Source: Lama glama
Taxonomy: Eukaryota
Reading direction: 5' to 3'
DNA length: 64,000 bases
Assembly: GCA_028534125.1 (NCBI GenBank)
Contig: CM052816.1
Span: 100,566,001-100,630,000, forward strand
Positions within the stretch are counted from its first letter, which is position 1, and each line of letters opens with the position of its first letter. The translations under genes and the position numbers were made by a program. Under the pieces are notes generated by a model, which saw only the letters and a list, made by a program, of their open reading frames with translations, did no database searches and had not been told where the DNA came from. This document shows positions 27,456-39,970 of this stretch, in pieces.

Positions 27456-28982
27456 GACTCATTACCGCAGACAATTTTTTGGGTAATAAACATACACCGA
27501 GAACAACAATTTGTAAATTAAAATTATTTATATGATTATTTAGCTGATTAAAATGACCTTATTTTTTATCACAAGCCCATCATTTTCTGTAAGTGAGAGA
27601 AACGTATCTACTTTGACAAACAAACGGGCATCGCGTCTTCCTACCTCTCTCCGCGTTCTTTTCCGTCGTTACCCGTGAATACGTACAGGTTTCCAGAAGA
27701 CTTGGGGGTTCAAATGAGCAGTCACGAGCCAGTGCCTCAGAGCCGGGTTTCATCCAACCCGCCGGCTCCCGGGTGCCCTGGGTCCCCGCGAGCTCACCAA
27801 AGGCCACTGCAGGCGGCTCCCCGGGATGGAAGGGCGCTCGCGGGGAGACCTCTCAGAAGCTTGCTTGTATTTGTGTTCACATCTGTTTCTGTGTTGTTTT
27901 CATCCCTGTCCTCAGCTGTCCCTGAATGACAATGCCCTCGAATTTTAAACACGTTTGAATTTCAGACAGTGCAATTAACAGTGAAAAACAAAAGCCATTT
28001 AATTATTATTTTAGCATCACATGTTTTTAGGACTGGAGGGCACTTAGAAAATATTTAGTCTAAAAATATTTTTAAGCAAGTTTAGAAATGAAAGCTGGGA
28101 AACAAGCTGGTGGAATCCGCGAGTCCAAAATCCAGAAACTTCGGCACCAAAGCTGTGATTTTTCATGGTGTCTTTCCATGACGAATTTTGTAAAGTTAAC
28201 AGATGGCTAACCTTCACAAGGGAGTTTAATTTTAATGTATGTTTAATACATCATGCTTTTCTGGTGGAAAGAAACATTCGCCAGGGGGGTTTGGTCTGAA
28301 CACAGACACTGGCCCTGGCGTGCCCGCACACCCTCGCACACACCTCATACCTGCAGGCGCGGCCACGCCATTGAACCTTCAGTGTCACCAAACTGCTAGA
28401 CCCTGACAGCGGCCAGAAACTGAAATCACCGCCTTGCAGGTGTCCACACTGCTTAAGTCTCCCAATTAAGTGCCTCGAGTAAAGACTTAATTTTGATTTA
28501 ATAGGACGGTGAGTGCGCGCTAATGAAAGACAAAATGACTCTAAAAGGCTTTTCACTGAGGCTCAACCACCACTTGAGAGAAACAGCACAGTTGCACTCT
28601 GTGCTCGCTGAGCCCCCTACCTGGGTTTTATTCATCAGCTGGGGCTGAGTCATTAGGAAAGACCCAGCTTGGTAGACTCAGTCACTTCAGAGGCTAGAAT
28701 TCTGGTAACTGCAGGTGCCAGACAGGAGACTCCCCTGCGGGAACTCACGGATCCCTTTTACTTTGTCATCCTTTCCTTCCTGATAGGACGTCATTATCTT
28801 CTCTCATCTGAACTACCATGCATGTACTTCATCCTGATTTATATGTAAATGTTTATGGTGGAATTAAGATTCAAATATTTCTATTTTTAGGGTGGACATA
28901 TTTTTGTGCACTGTGCAAGGAAAAACAAATCCATGTCAAAAAAAAGGCATCACTGGAAATACATTCAAATGATTAATTTTTT

Positions 28983-29633
28983 CAAACATTTTTTATTGAG
29001 TTATAGTCATTTTACAATGTTGTGTCAAGTTCCAGGAGTAGAGCACAATTTTTCAGTTATACATGAACATATGTAATTTATTGTCACATTCTCTTTTACT
29101 GTGAGCCACCACGAGAAGCTGTGCATATTTCCCCGTGCTACACAGTGTGGGAAACAGTATGGAGATTCCTCAAAAGACTAGGAATAGACTTACCATAAGA
29201 CCCAGGAATCCCACTCCTGGGCATATATCCAGAAGGAACCCTAGTTCAAAATGACACCTGCACCCCAATGTTCATAGCAGCACTATTTACAATAGCCAAG
29301 ATATGGAAACAGCCTAAATGTCCATCAACAGATGACTGGATAAAGAAGATGTGGTATATTTATACAATGGAATACTATTCAGCCATAAAAACTGAGAACA
29401 CCATTTGCAGCAATATGGATGTCCCTGCGGAAAGTCATTCTAAGTGAAGTAAGCCAGAAAGAGAAAGAAAAATACCATATGAGATCGCTCATATGCAGAA
29501 GCTAAAACAAAACAAAACAAAACAAAAAAATACAAAAGAGAAACAGACTCATAGACATAGAAAACAAACTTGTGGTTGCCAGGGGGACAGGGGGTGGGGA
29601 GGGACAGACTGGGATTTCAAAATGTAGAATAGG
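28983..29633 (-). mobile_element. Young 5'-inverted L1: ~165-nt 3' tip on minus strand (28983-29146) plus inverted segment on plus strand (~29143-29632)
   Basis: Plus segment encodes PMFIAALFTIAK...; it ends at 'aatgtagaatag', which in L1 lies just before the start of the minus segment; TSD ttaatttttt at 28973-28982 and 29634-29643. Confidence 0.88.
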
Positions 29634-29670
29634 TTAATTTTTTTTGATCCAGTAAAAAATGACTGAGTAA

Positions 29671-29798
29671 GGGGCGAGGGTATAGCTCAGTGGTAGAGTG
29701 CATGCTTAGCATGCATGAGATCCTGGGTTCAATCCTCAGTACCTTGGCTAAAAAAGTAGATAATAAATACATAAATAAACCTAATTACCCCTCCCCCC
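29671..29798 (+). mobile_element. Vic-1-like tRNA(Ala)-derived SINE, full length
   Basis: A box tagctcagtgg, B box ggttcaatcct, tail ataaataaacctaattacccctcccc; TSD aaatgactg(a/c)gt at 29657-29668 and 29799-29810. Confidence 0.9.
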
Positions 29799-29828
29799 AA
29801 ATGACTGCGTCAATAAATCAGAACACAC

Positions 29829-30167
29829 CTGTGTCAGTCAGCATGGGCTGGAAAACAAACATCACAGGTGGGTGACTTAAACCGCAGACATTTATGGCTC
29901 ACAGTTCTGGAAGCTGAGAACGGGGCCCAGCAGGGCCGGTTCCTGGCGAGGGCCCTCCTGCTGGCTTATACGGGGCCTTTGCGCAGAGCACGTGTGGAGA
30001 GCCCTCTGGTGTCTCCTCCTCTTCTTATAAGGACACCAGCCCTAATGGACCAGTCTTGTGACCTCATTACCGTTAATTACCTCTAAAGAGGCCCCACCTC
30101 CAAGTACAGTCATGGGGCTCCGGCTTCAACACGGGGATGGGGTGGGGGCCCAGTTCAGCCACGGCCA
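29829..30167 (-). mobile_element. MLT1B/C-like MaLR solo LTR
   Basis: 'catttatggctcacagttctggaagctg', 'tcttcttataaggacaccag', 'taattacctctaaagaggcccc'. Confidence 0.8.
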
Positions 30168-30889
30168 CGGGGCAGACGAGAAAGTCTAGAGGTGTGCTTC
30201 TCAATGAAAATAAGGGGCCCAGGGGAAAATGTAATAAGGCCCCATGATCCCCCAATCCTTACCAAACTCTCCTGGAGTTAGTTTCCTAGATCATTGATAG
30301 AACGCCCCTCTCCCCGGTCCTGGGAACATAGGAGATGCTGGACCAGCTCCAAGTCTGCACACGTATTTTCAGGAACAACCAATCTGTATTGACAATACTG
30401 TTCCCGACACTTTCGTGTCATGCGGACAGCGAAGCCGTCAGGGAAGCCCTGCTGTCTCACGCCCCCGCTCCTCCCGGCGTGGAGACTCCTAGGGAACGCA
30501 GCCATCCTTTCAGTGGATGCCTTGGACCGAGGGGTCCCCTCCTTCCATGTAGCCTTCCTGGTGTCTGAGAGTGACCCTGCCTGCTGCTGCGGCCCTCCTG
30601 CTGAGAACCCCCCAACAGGGGAGAGGCCACGGGACCCCTCGTCCGGGCAGGAGGGCACATGGGCCGGGGCTGGTAAGCTCTGTCAGAGGCACCCCCGATC
30701 TCCTGCCGGCCCAACTGTCACCTCCCTGCCCTCTGGTCTTCGGACCCGTTTCCCACCGCCACAGGATTCTGTTCTCCTAGGGTGTCCCTGGGTATTGGGA
30801 GTCTGGTAGGTGATGCAGCAGGAAGTGGGTGAGGGGCCCAGAGAAGGGAGCATGTGTAGGGCCCAGGAAGGACAGCGAGGATGGCCTCC

Positions 30890-31258
30890 TACCCAGGTGA
30901 GCAGGGGCAGGATGCTCAGGTGAGCAGGGGCAGGATGCTCAGGTGAGTGGGGACAGGATGCTCAGGTGAGCAGGGGATGGGGTGCCCAGGTGAGCAGGGA
31001 GCAGGATGCTCATGTGAGCAGGGGTAGGGGTGCCCAGGTGAGTGGGGATGGGGTGCCCAGGTGAGCAGGGGATGGGGTGCCCAGGTGAGCGGGGAGCAGG
31101 ATGCTCGGGTGAGCAGGGGCAGGGGTGCCCAGGTGAGCGGGGATGGGGTGCCCGGATGAGCAGAGGATGGGGTGCCCAGGTGAGCGGGGAGCAGGATGCT
31201 CAGGTGAGCAGGGGATGGGGTGCCCAGGTGAGCGGGGACAGGATGTCCAGGTGAGGGC
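30890..31258. repeat. G-rich minisatellite, ~23-bp unit x ~16 (caggtgagcagggg[ca/at]gg[atgct/ggtgcc])
   Basis: 13 exact 'caggtgag' cores and 3 variants. Confidence 0.95.
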
Positions 31259-32769
31259 TCGTCGAAGGAGCTTTGTGAGGTCCAGAACCCTGTAGAGGGA
31301 GGACACACACCTCGTCTTTCCCCCTGCCTAGATTGGGCGGGACTTCAGTGCGCTCAGCGAGTGTCTAGAGAATAAGTGATTTATCAGGAGCGCTGAGGGC
31401 TGCCCGAGCCCCTGACGCACAGTTTCTCTCCTAGCAGAGCCTGGGCCAAGCAGACAGTCGCCCCTTGCTGAAGGGACCCACAGAGGCTCTCTCAACCTCA
31501 TTTTAATCAAAGGAGATGCTTCCTTCATATTCAGCTCCCCAGTGAGTTCGTGTTCCCTCAGGGACTCTTCCGCGTTGGGCCCCCCAGATGGGGGGCTGAC
31601 CCTCTGCGAGACCCCACCGGTCTGTGCCCGGCGTCACATGTGACCCTGACTCTCTCTGCTCTGGAGGTGACGAGCTTCTTACTGGGGACACCTCAGCAGC
31701 ACGGCTCTTGCTCAACAGTGACAGTGACATCAGAGCACCACCCTCTGCGGCAGCCAACTCCCATCACAAAATTGTTCAGTTCTCAGCCTAATGGCATGTT
31801 TCGGCTGGTGCTTCTCAAGAAGAAAGGCTTGGGAAGAGGCCTAATTGTTCGCTTTTCTGAGTGGGACGTGCACTTCGGCCAACTTTCATTGATGCGATCC
31901 TGTCTATAGAATCTTAAACTTACGTGGAAACTTTTCAAATGGCATTTGAGCAATTTTTGTGAAGAATTAAATAAGGATGTTCATGGAGATTTATTCTTCA
32001 GAAAGAATTACATCGCTATTCATCTTTTCTCTTTCATGACTGATTCCACCTAACAACCCAGGATAGGATGAGGGTGGAATTTTAATTTTAACTGCGCACA
32101 TCTGAGTGATGTATACGCTCCTGGAGACTCCAGACTCCATCATCATTATGTCCTGTATCACCGGGGTTTTAATAATGCAGTGCATTTGATGGCTGTTGGG
32201 AAACAGATGTAGGTCTCAGGCACAGCAAAGGGGGTGATCATTTAGTCTTTCTCAAATTCAATAAAAGGGCATGCGAATTTATAATAAAATAATGAAGTCA
32301 AATCTGTCTGCCTAAATAGCGAAAACACATGATGTATGATCCACAGTGAAGTGAGCCAGACATTGTCACACGTCCCAGGACAACAGGCAGAAAAGGCGTG
32401 GCCCCAGGTGACTTCAGGGAGCTCAGCCACATTGTCAGGATAATAACACCGATGCTAATAATAGTAACAGCAGGAACACAGACCCCCCATGCCAGCCCCT
32501 CTGAACCACCTCGCACAGTCCACCCACTGCCTTCCCTTATCACCCCAGGAGAAAGGGTCTGGAACAAGGACCCCGGTTCACAGAGGAGGACGTCCAGGCT
32601 CAGGGTTCTGGACAGCACCTGTAGGATGCCGGGCCGGGACACAGGGGACCAGGGCCAGACTCAGTCACCAGATCCAGAGCAGCCGTCCTCACTGCCTCCT
32701 GCAGAGGTGCCTCTGGCCGCACACGGGAGCACATGCACCTGCCCACAGGGTCACAGCCACGCGGTCACA

Positions 32770-33492
32770 CAGGGCCATGTGTAGCATAGACACGTGTGCA
32801 CACTCACAACCTCCCACTCAGGTGTACACACATGCATGTGAGCACACCAGGCAGGCACTGACACATCGGGGTAAAAACACACGTGTGGAAAAACACACAC
32901 ACCACCAAGTGCACATGAATACGTGTGCACAAAACACAAAGACACGCATGATCACAAAATCACAAGTCCTCACCAGGCACACGCACGCACAAGTGCATGG
33001 CCGCACAAGGCACCCACCCACAGACAGACACACAAGCAGAGGGGCATACCCATGTGCACACCAGCACGGTGGCCTTCACACATTCATTGCGTGTACACAC
33101 ACACAGAAGCAGATGCAGCACACGACCACAGATGCACACGCTCAAACATTATGGGAACATTCATTTTCCCACACGTGCACATGTGCACACATGAACCTCC
33201 GCATGCACACTCACACATAGGTTGACACGGATGCACACTCACATCCACACATGACACCCGTGCACAGACTAGCACCTATGCACACAGGTGTGCATGTTCA
33301 CACAGGTACACATTCACTTGTGACTCACACAGGTGCACACACAAGCATGCATGCAAGCAGCCACTCACACTTACACGTACAAACATGCGTGCCACGTGCA
33401 CAACTCACGCATGTGTGCACGCACCTAGGCACTCATATACACCTGTGCACACCCCTACACCCATTCACACTCACCCACGTACACACGTGTAA
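32770..33492. repeat. Long degenerate (CA)/(CATG)-rich simple repeat
   Basis: His/Thr-rich pseudo-ORFs; alternating purine-pyrimidine composition. Confidence 0.85.
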
Positions 33493-33749
33493 CAGGCACG
33501 GCTCCCTGAGACTGACCTCCCACCCACATGCCAGGAGGGCAGGGCCGACACCAGACGCCGCTCCCCCCTCATCCTCACACCAGGTGAAGCTCGCCAGCTT
33601 GGCACGAAGGTTCCGGCAGAGGCGTCTTTGGGTGGGACGGGCTCAGAGTCAGAAGGACGTCCATTTTTGGCTGCTCTGTCCCCCTAACTGCTCCTGTGAC
33701 AGGGGGCTGACAACCCTGGGTGCCCCTGCCCCTCGGGACCCAATCCCAC

Positions 33750-34560
33750 TCAGAAGCGCCCGGAGCGGGCGGGCGCGCCCTGGGCGCCCAGGCTCGAGCC
33801 CCGAGGCGCCCTCCCCCCGCGGCCCCTCCTGCGCGGCCGTGAGAGACCGCGCAGCGCTCACAGAGCGCGCTCCCGGCCCTGGCCGCCGCGGCCGCCCGCC
33901 TGCAGCGTGGCCTGGGGCCGCCGCGCCGCCGCCCCCCCCCCTCCCCGTGGCTGGCCTGCCCCCCGCGAGGGGTCTGAGCGCGGCCGCGGCGCCCAGGCCC
34001 CGCCCCCGCCTCCGGGTGGCCGCGCGCCGCAGGTCCCCGCGCCCCGACCACCCACGGGCGGTCAGCGCCTGCGGCGCCGCAGGGCTGGGGTGCCCCCCCC
34101 CCGGCAAGCTCCGAGGGGAGGGCTCGTTCCGGGAGCTGATCTCTCTCTGCCCCCCTGGACTTCCCTTGTTTTCCAAGACTGCCTCAGCCCGGGCCGCTAA
34201 CCCACCTGCCCCTTCCTGGAGGCCGTTCCTCCTCCCCAGGGGCCAGGCTCACCGTCCCAGGAGCTGCCCCCTTCCTCCCCGGAGCCCGCCGGGTGCCCGT
34301 GTCGTGGACCGCGGCCGCGGGCCTGCTAACCGGGTGGGACGAAGTCCGCCCTTAAAGAGATCCTGAGGCAGTGAGGTGCTGCCTCGCAGGGACGGCCCTC
34401 GGTCTCGGGCCCCAGCCACCCCTCCCCTGCGCCCCACGCAGCCTCCTCCTCCCAGACCCCAGGCCGCGGGCCAGGCAGGGAGGTCCCGGCCATTCATGGG
34501 CCCCCCGCCCCCGGCAGGGGTCCGCGTGGGCGGGCTTTGCTCGCCTGTCTCAGCGCTCGC
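33750..34560. promoter_or_regulatory. CpG island (promoter/enhancer-like)
   Basis: ~800 bp with very high GC and CpG density, several gcggccgc/ccgcgg/gcgcgc sites and GC boxes (ccccgcccc). Confidence 0.85.
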
Positions 34561-34574
34561 TCCTGATACATCCT

Positions 34575-34725
34575 TTTCCTTTGTTTCAAAGCACCTTTAC
34601 TGTGGTGTGGTTCCCGTCCAGTGAACTACATACATTTCAGGTGTACAATTCGGTGAATTTTGATAGATGAAACGAATGAAAGCACCACCACGATCAGCAC
34701 AGCCAGCACTTCCATGTCTCCCCGA
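34575..34725 (-). mobile_element. Old L1M 3' end fragment
   Basis: 'ctttactgtggtgtggttc...caggtgtacaattcggtgaattttgatag...accaccacgatcag'. Confidence 0.55.
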
Positions 34726-34728
34726 GAG

Positions 34729-35186
34729 CTGCAAAGTTCAAATTCCCAGTTTACCCTTCCCACCCCCTTTACCCCCCCCCCCCGTTACTGTTTGTTCTCT
34801 GTGTCTGTGAGTCTGTTTCCTGTTTTGTAGATAAGTTCGTTTGTGTCCCTTTTTTTCAGATTGCACATACAAGTGATATCATACGGCATTTTTTTCCCTT
34901 TCTGGTTGACTTCACTTAGAATGACCATCCCAGGTCCTTCCACGTTGCTGCAAGTGGCACTACTTTATTATTTTTTATGACTGAGTTGTATTCCATTGTA
35001 TAAATACACCACAACTTCTTTATTCATTCATCTGTCTCAAAACACTGAAAATAGACTTACCCTGTGACCCAGCAGCCCCGCTCCTGGGCGCGTACCTGGA
35101 GGAAACTCTAATGTGAAGAGGCACCTGCACCCGAGTGCTCACAGCAGCACCGTTTAGAACAGCAGGACATGGAACAACCCAAACAT
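34729..35186 (-). mobile_element. 5'-inverted L1 lacking its extreme 3' tail: minus segment 34729-35035, inverted plus segment 35036-35186
   Basis: Minus segment aligns by eye with 24550-24850; plus segment aligns with 25260-25340 and 42545-42681. Confidence 0.82.
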
Positions 35187-37884
35187 TGGACACATCCTTT
35201 GACTCAAAGCAGCTCTTCCCCGGCCCCAGAGACTGGTGTCCCCCAGACGCTCCCAGTGTGGCTGGGAGCATGAGCCGTGCTCCGTGGAAACACCCCGTTT
35301 TCCACTTAGCCGGGTGGGTTTCGAGTCATTGATTGAACACAGGCGTGCCTGCTTCACAGACTCCTCGGTCCCCCCTCCCAGATCAGGCGGGGACCTCACA
35401 GGTGACAATCTCTTCCATCTTAATGACACCCCCATAATGACGAGCTGACTGCGCCCAGATTTTAACCAGCCAATGCACATTTCACAGTGGAGTCGACAGG
35501 AAAGGGGTGCTCATCAGGCGAGAGACGGGCCGGAGACGGGCTTCAGCGGTGGCGTGGCCGTCTTACTGACACCTGCAAAGAATTCAGCACCAAAGGTCAC
35601 ATTTTCAACTGCTCTTGCTTTGAGTTGAACAAAACCAATTAGGTTCATGAAGCCAGCTGTTACTTTGTTTTCAATGGAGTGAAGATTTTGAATACAAATC
35701 TATCTTAGTTTATCATTACAAATAAGAAAGAGGTTTGTTAACTCCCTTGTCTCGGAAATTTTGTGGTTTAATCCAGTTATTTGCAAATCCAGCCACATCC
35801 TACTCTGAGTCTGCCGTTGTGGAACCGTGATGCGCGGACTTGCCATAGCTGGTGGGGATGCTGCACACGCGGACTGCGTGCAGGGAGAGATGGGCCCCCA
35901 CGTGGCCCCTGGCCCCAGGCCCCCCTCCCAGGGGCCCAGAGGTAAAACTCTCACTGCTAAAACATGTGGTAGCCTTTAATCCGCCTGTGAGTGCACCCGG
36001 GAGTCCGAGACCTGCTTACTGTCCCAGAGACCAAGGAGACCTCATTCTTAATTTCTGTTTAATGGCCCCGCCCTTTATCTGATAACGAGTACATTTTAAA
36101 TACAGGGAATTCAGTTTCATTGAGGAACAACCTTCAGAGCTAGAATGAAATGTCCATCTTTCTCCTGGTGACTTGTTACCTGCAAGGTGGGGAAAAGCTC
36201 TTCTGAGCAGAGTTCAGTGGGAACTGGGTAGCACTAGCGACGACTTGGGATGAAAAATTTGCTTTCAGGAAAGCGAAAACATTTATTTCATTCTTGGGCG
36301 GGGGAGGGAATTGGCCGTGACAGTGGACGTTCAGGGCCGGCCGCAACTGGACCGGGCGCTTCCCGGCAGGAGCATCGGGCTTCAGACCTGGACCCGGCAG
36401 ATCGCTGAGCAGGAGGGTCCCCGACAGGTGCCGAGTCAGAGCAGGCCGGCACGACTTTACCTTGTTTCTTATGAATAATCCATCCTGACGATGGACAGCT
36501 CACGCCTGCCTTTGTCTTCAACACGGGTTTTCAGTTTTGTTTCCTTTTTCTGCTTCAGAAGCTGAGGCCGTGAGAGGCAACGGAGCAGTTCCCGCTCCCC
36601 GGCGCGGGCTCCTGGGAGGGAACTGGGGCGCGCAGCTGGATCTCAGCATTAATCCTCAATAATTAATAGCACGTCTATGAAACTTTAATGGCCGGTTGGT
36701 AAGTAATGGTTTGGCTGCCCTGTCGCTGGATTGTTCACAGAGCAAGTTGCCTGGAAATGTTCTGGATGTTCCGTCTGAACCTGCGTAACGGGGGAAGATG
36801 CAAGAAGCTGGGAGTGGGGGCGTCGAGGAAGTGCTATGCCATCTGCTGCCACTTAGAACCAGGCAAGACAATCCTTGGGGAGGTGAAAACTCCTTAGAGC
36901 AAAACACGAACGGCCACAGAAACTCCACTTGGCGCCCTCCATCCCAGCCCAGCTTGAGAATAAAAGTCACGGTATCTTTAGTCACATATTCAGACAGTTT
37001 TGCTAGAGAAGGAGAAAAAGACGCATCGGGGCAGTTTCAGAGGAGAGAACGAGGGCCGAGGAGCGGGTGGTGGGAAGGCAGGGTGGTCTCATCATAAAGA
37101 AGGCTTCCCAGTCCTGGCATCCGTGACAGCGTGACAGGCTTCGAGGGACGGGGAGTGCTCGGTGGGGATCTGGAAATGTGCGTGTCGAGGGAGTGAAGCC
37201 AAGTTACACAGCTTGTCCCTTGTCGGTCCAGCCGGCCAGGAGTCTCTCTAAGCCGCCCCTCTCGGTCTCTCCAGCGGATGAGGGCCGGGCCACTGGTCCC
37301 ATGGCTGCACCGCCACCCCTCCCTGCACGGGCCCTTCCAGCTGTGAGCCCGGCCCACTTTCCCGAAAACGCAGCGCGGCTGGACGGCCGCAGGGGCAGAT
37401 GCGGACCTGTCCTCCAGCATTGCCTTCGGCTAGGTCTGACCCCCGGACCCACGACATCACCCCTCCACCCAAGTCAGAACAGCGGCGAGGAAGAGACGAA
37501 GGAAGGTCAGAGACGCGGGGCGGGGGCAGCGCTGGCCTCCCTGCCGAGCACAGCGGGTCCAGCCCGGGTGGACGGCACCTCCGGGCGCACGTGGAAATGT
37601 TCTCGCTCCTTCAGGTCACAGAAAACGCTCTAACGTGTGACATGGATGCAGCTGCCTTTACAGCATGGCTGTTACGTATTTACCTATTTTGAGGGGGGAG
37701 GGCTCACACAGACAGGAGCGCTGGAGCCGCGGATGCCACCGGGCACCTCTGCTCAGGAGACCGGAGGACACTTTGCGCAGGGCCTGGGGAGGACCCGCGA
37801 TAAAATGAGGGCAGGGTCTGAGCCCTGCAAACAGCCACCCAGGGGTCAGGGTGGGGTGGGGTGGGGTCAGCCCAGAGGTTTCTT

Positions 37885-39970
37885 TTTAGGACTGAATAAT
37901 AGTTTGTTGTCAGAATACACCAATTCATTTATCATCACCTATTAAAGGGTATCTCGGTTGCTCTCAAGTTCTGATAATTACGCATAAAGCCGCTGTCAGC
38001 GTCCACGGGCAGGTATTCTGGGGACCCAGGTTTCTGACTCATTTTGGTAAATGCAACGAGTGTGACTGCTGCACGGTTTGGGAAGAGCTGTTAATTTATG
38101 AGAGCACCTGCCAGACTGCTTCCCAAAGTAACTGCCCCGTGCACTCCCAACAGCGATGAAGGGGAGTCCCCGTTTCTCTACAAGGTCGCCAGCACTTCGT
38201 GCTGTCAGGGTCCTGGACTCTGGCCGTTCCCACGGGTGTGTGGTGGCGTCTCGCTGTCGCTCCCATGTGTGCGGACGGTGACGCGGGTGGGACACCTTTC
38301 ACGCGCTCATTGGCCACACGCACGTCTTCTTTAGTGAGACGTCTGTTCAGGTCTTTGGCTTATTTTTTAATCAAATTTTTTGTTTTCTTTCTGCTGACTT
38401 TTAAGATTTCTTTATATGCTTTATACAGTGGTCCTTCATCAGATGTGTCTTTGGCAAACATTTCCTCCCAGCCTGTGGTTTGTCTTCTCATTCCCTTGAT
38501 GGTGGTCTCTCGCGGAGAAGCTTCCCATTTTAATGGCGCTCAGCTCATCAGGGATTTCTCCCAGAGGTTGTGCCCTTGGTGGTACATCTAGAAGTGAATC
38601 GCCTGGATCACCTTCCAGATTACCTGCTAGGACTCCCAGAGTCTTGTGTTTTACATTTAGGTCTATGATCCTTTTTGAGTTAGTTTTTGTCAGGAATGCA
38701 TGGTCTGTATCCAGCTTCGTCCTTTGTATGTGGGTGTCCAGTTGTTTCAGAACCGTTTGCTAAAATGACTACATTTGCTCCATTGCACTGACTTGGCCCC
38801 TCTTTAAATATTGGTTGACTTTATTTTTGGGGTCTGTTTCTGGCCTCTTTTATGTTCCATTCGTCTGTGGGTCTGTTCTTTAACCAGGACCACACTGTCT
38901 GCTTTACTGTAGCTTCGTAGTGAGTCTGGAGGTCAGGTGGCCTCGGCCCTTCAACTTTGTTTTTGCAATTCAATATTATGTTGGTTATTCTAGGTCTCTT
39001 GTGTCTCTGCACAAAATCAGTTTAGAATCAGTTTGTCAGTATCCACAAAGCAACTCGTGGGACTCCTACTGGGATTGCATTGATCTATAGAAGGAGTTGG
39101 GAAGAACACGCATCCTGACAAGATTGAGCCTTCCTGTCCATGAACATGGGATGTCTCTGCATTTATTTAGCACTTTGACTCCGTTCATCAGAGTTTTGTA
39201 GTTTTCCTCGTGTAGATCTTGTACATGTTGTATTAGGTTTATACCCAAGCATCTCATTTGTGGGGGAGGGTGCTAATGCACTGTTACTAAGGCTTTAATT
39301 TGGAGTTGGCTTGTTCATTCTTGGTATGTAGGGAAGTGATTGACTTCTGCACATTAATTTTGTATTCTGCAAACTTTCTTTCATTGTCTGTTGGTTCCAG
39401 AAGATTTTTCTCAATTACTTAGGATTTTCTGCATAGACAATCATGACATCCTTGAACAAAGACAGTAGTACCTCTTCCTTCTGAATCTGTGTATCTTTTA
39501 TTTCCTCTTCTTATCACATTGCATTAGCTAGAATTTCCAGTATGATGTTGAAAAGCAGTGGTGAGAGGAGCACGTCTTGCCTTGTACCTGATCTTAAAGC
39601 TTTGATTTTCTCACCATTAAGTATTGTGTTAGCTGTAGTTCTTTTTTTTTAAACAGACATTCTATATCAAGTTGAGGAAGTTCCCCTCAGTTCTTAGTTT
39701 ATCAAGATTTTTTTATCATGAATGGGAGTTGGACTTTGTCAAATGATTTTTCTACATCTACTGATACGACCATGTGATTTTCCTTCTTCAGTGTGTTGCA
39801 TTGTGAGTGCACTGACTTTTGAATGTTGAACCAGGCTTGCACCCTGAGAAAAGCCCACTTGGTCATGGTGTATAGTTTTCTTACACATTGTTGGTTTCAA
39901 TTTACTGACTTTTTTTGAGGATTTTTACATGTGTCCATAAGGATATTGGTCTGTCGTTTTGTTTTATTGT
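37885..39970 (-). mobile_element. Old L1 (L1MB/MC-like) 3' UTR plus ORF2 fragment
   Basis: ORF2 peptides such as LGINLIQHVQDLHEENYKTLM...PCSWTGRLNLVRM. Confidence 0.85.

Noticed and set aside
29671..29745. tRNA-Ala-like sequence
   Set aside because: Has a SINE tail and TSDs and a poor acceptor stem; it is a SINE head, not a tRNA gene
30890..31258. Regular ~23-bp repeats resembling a CRISPR array
   Set aside because: No unique spacers, no cas genes, mammalian context; it is a minisatellite
33251..34366. 371-aa ORF
   Set aside because: Read-through of a CA-rich simple repeat into the CpG island; purely compositional
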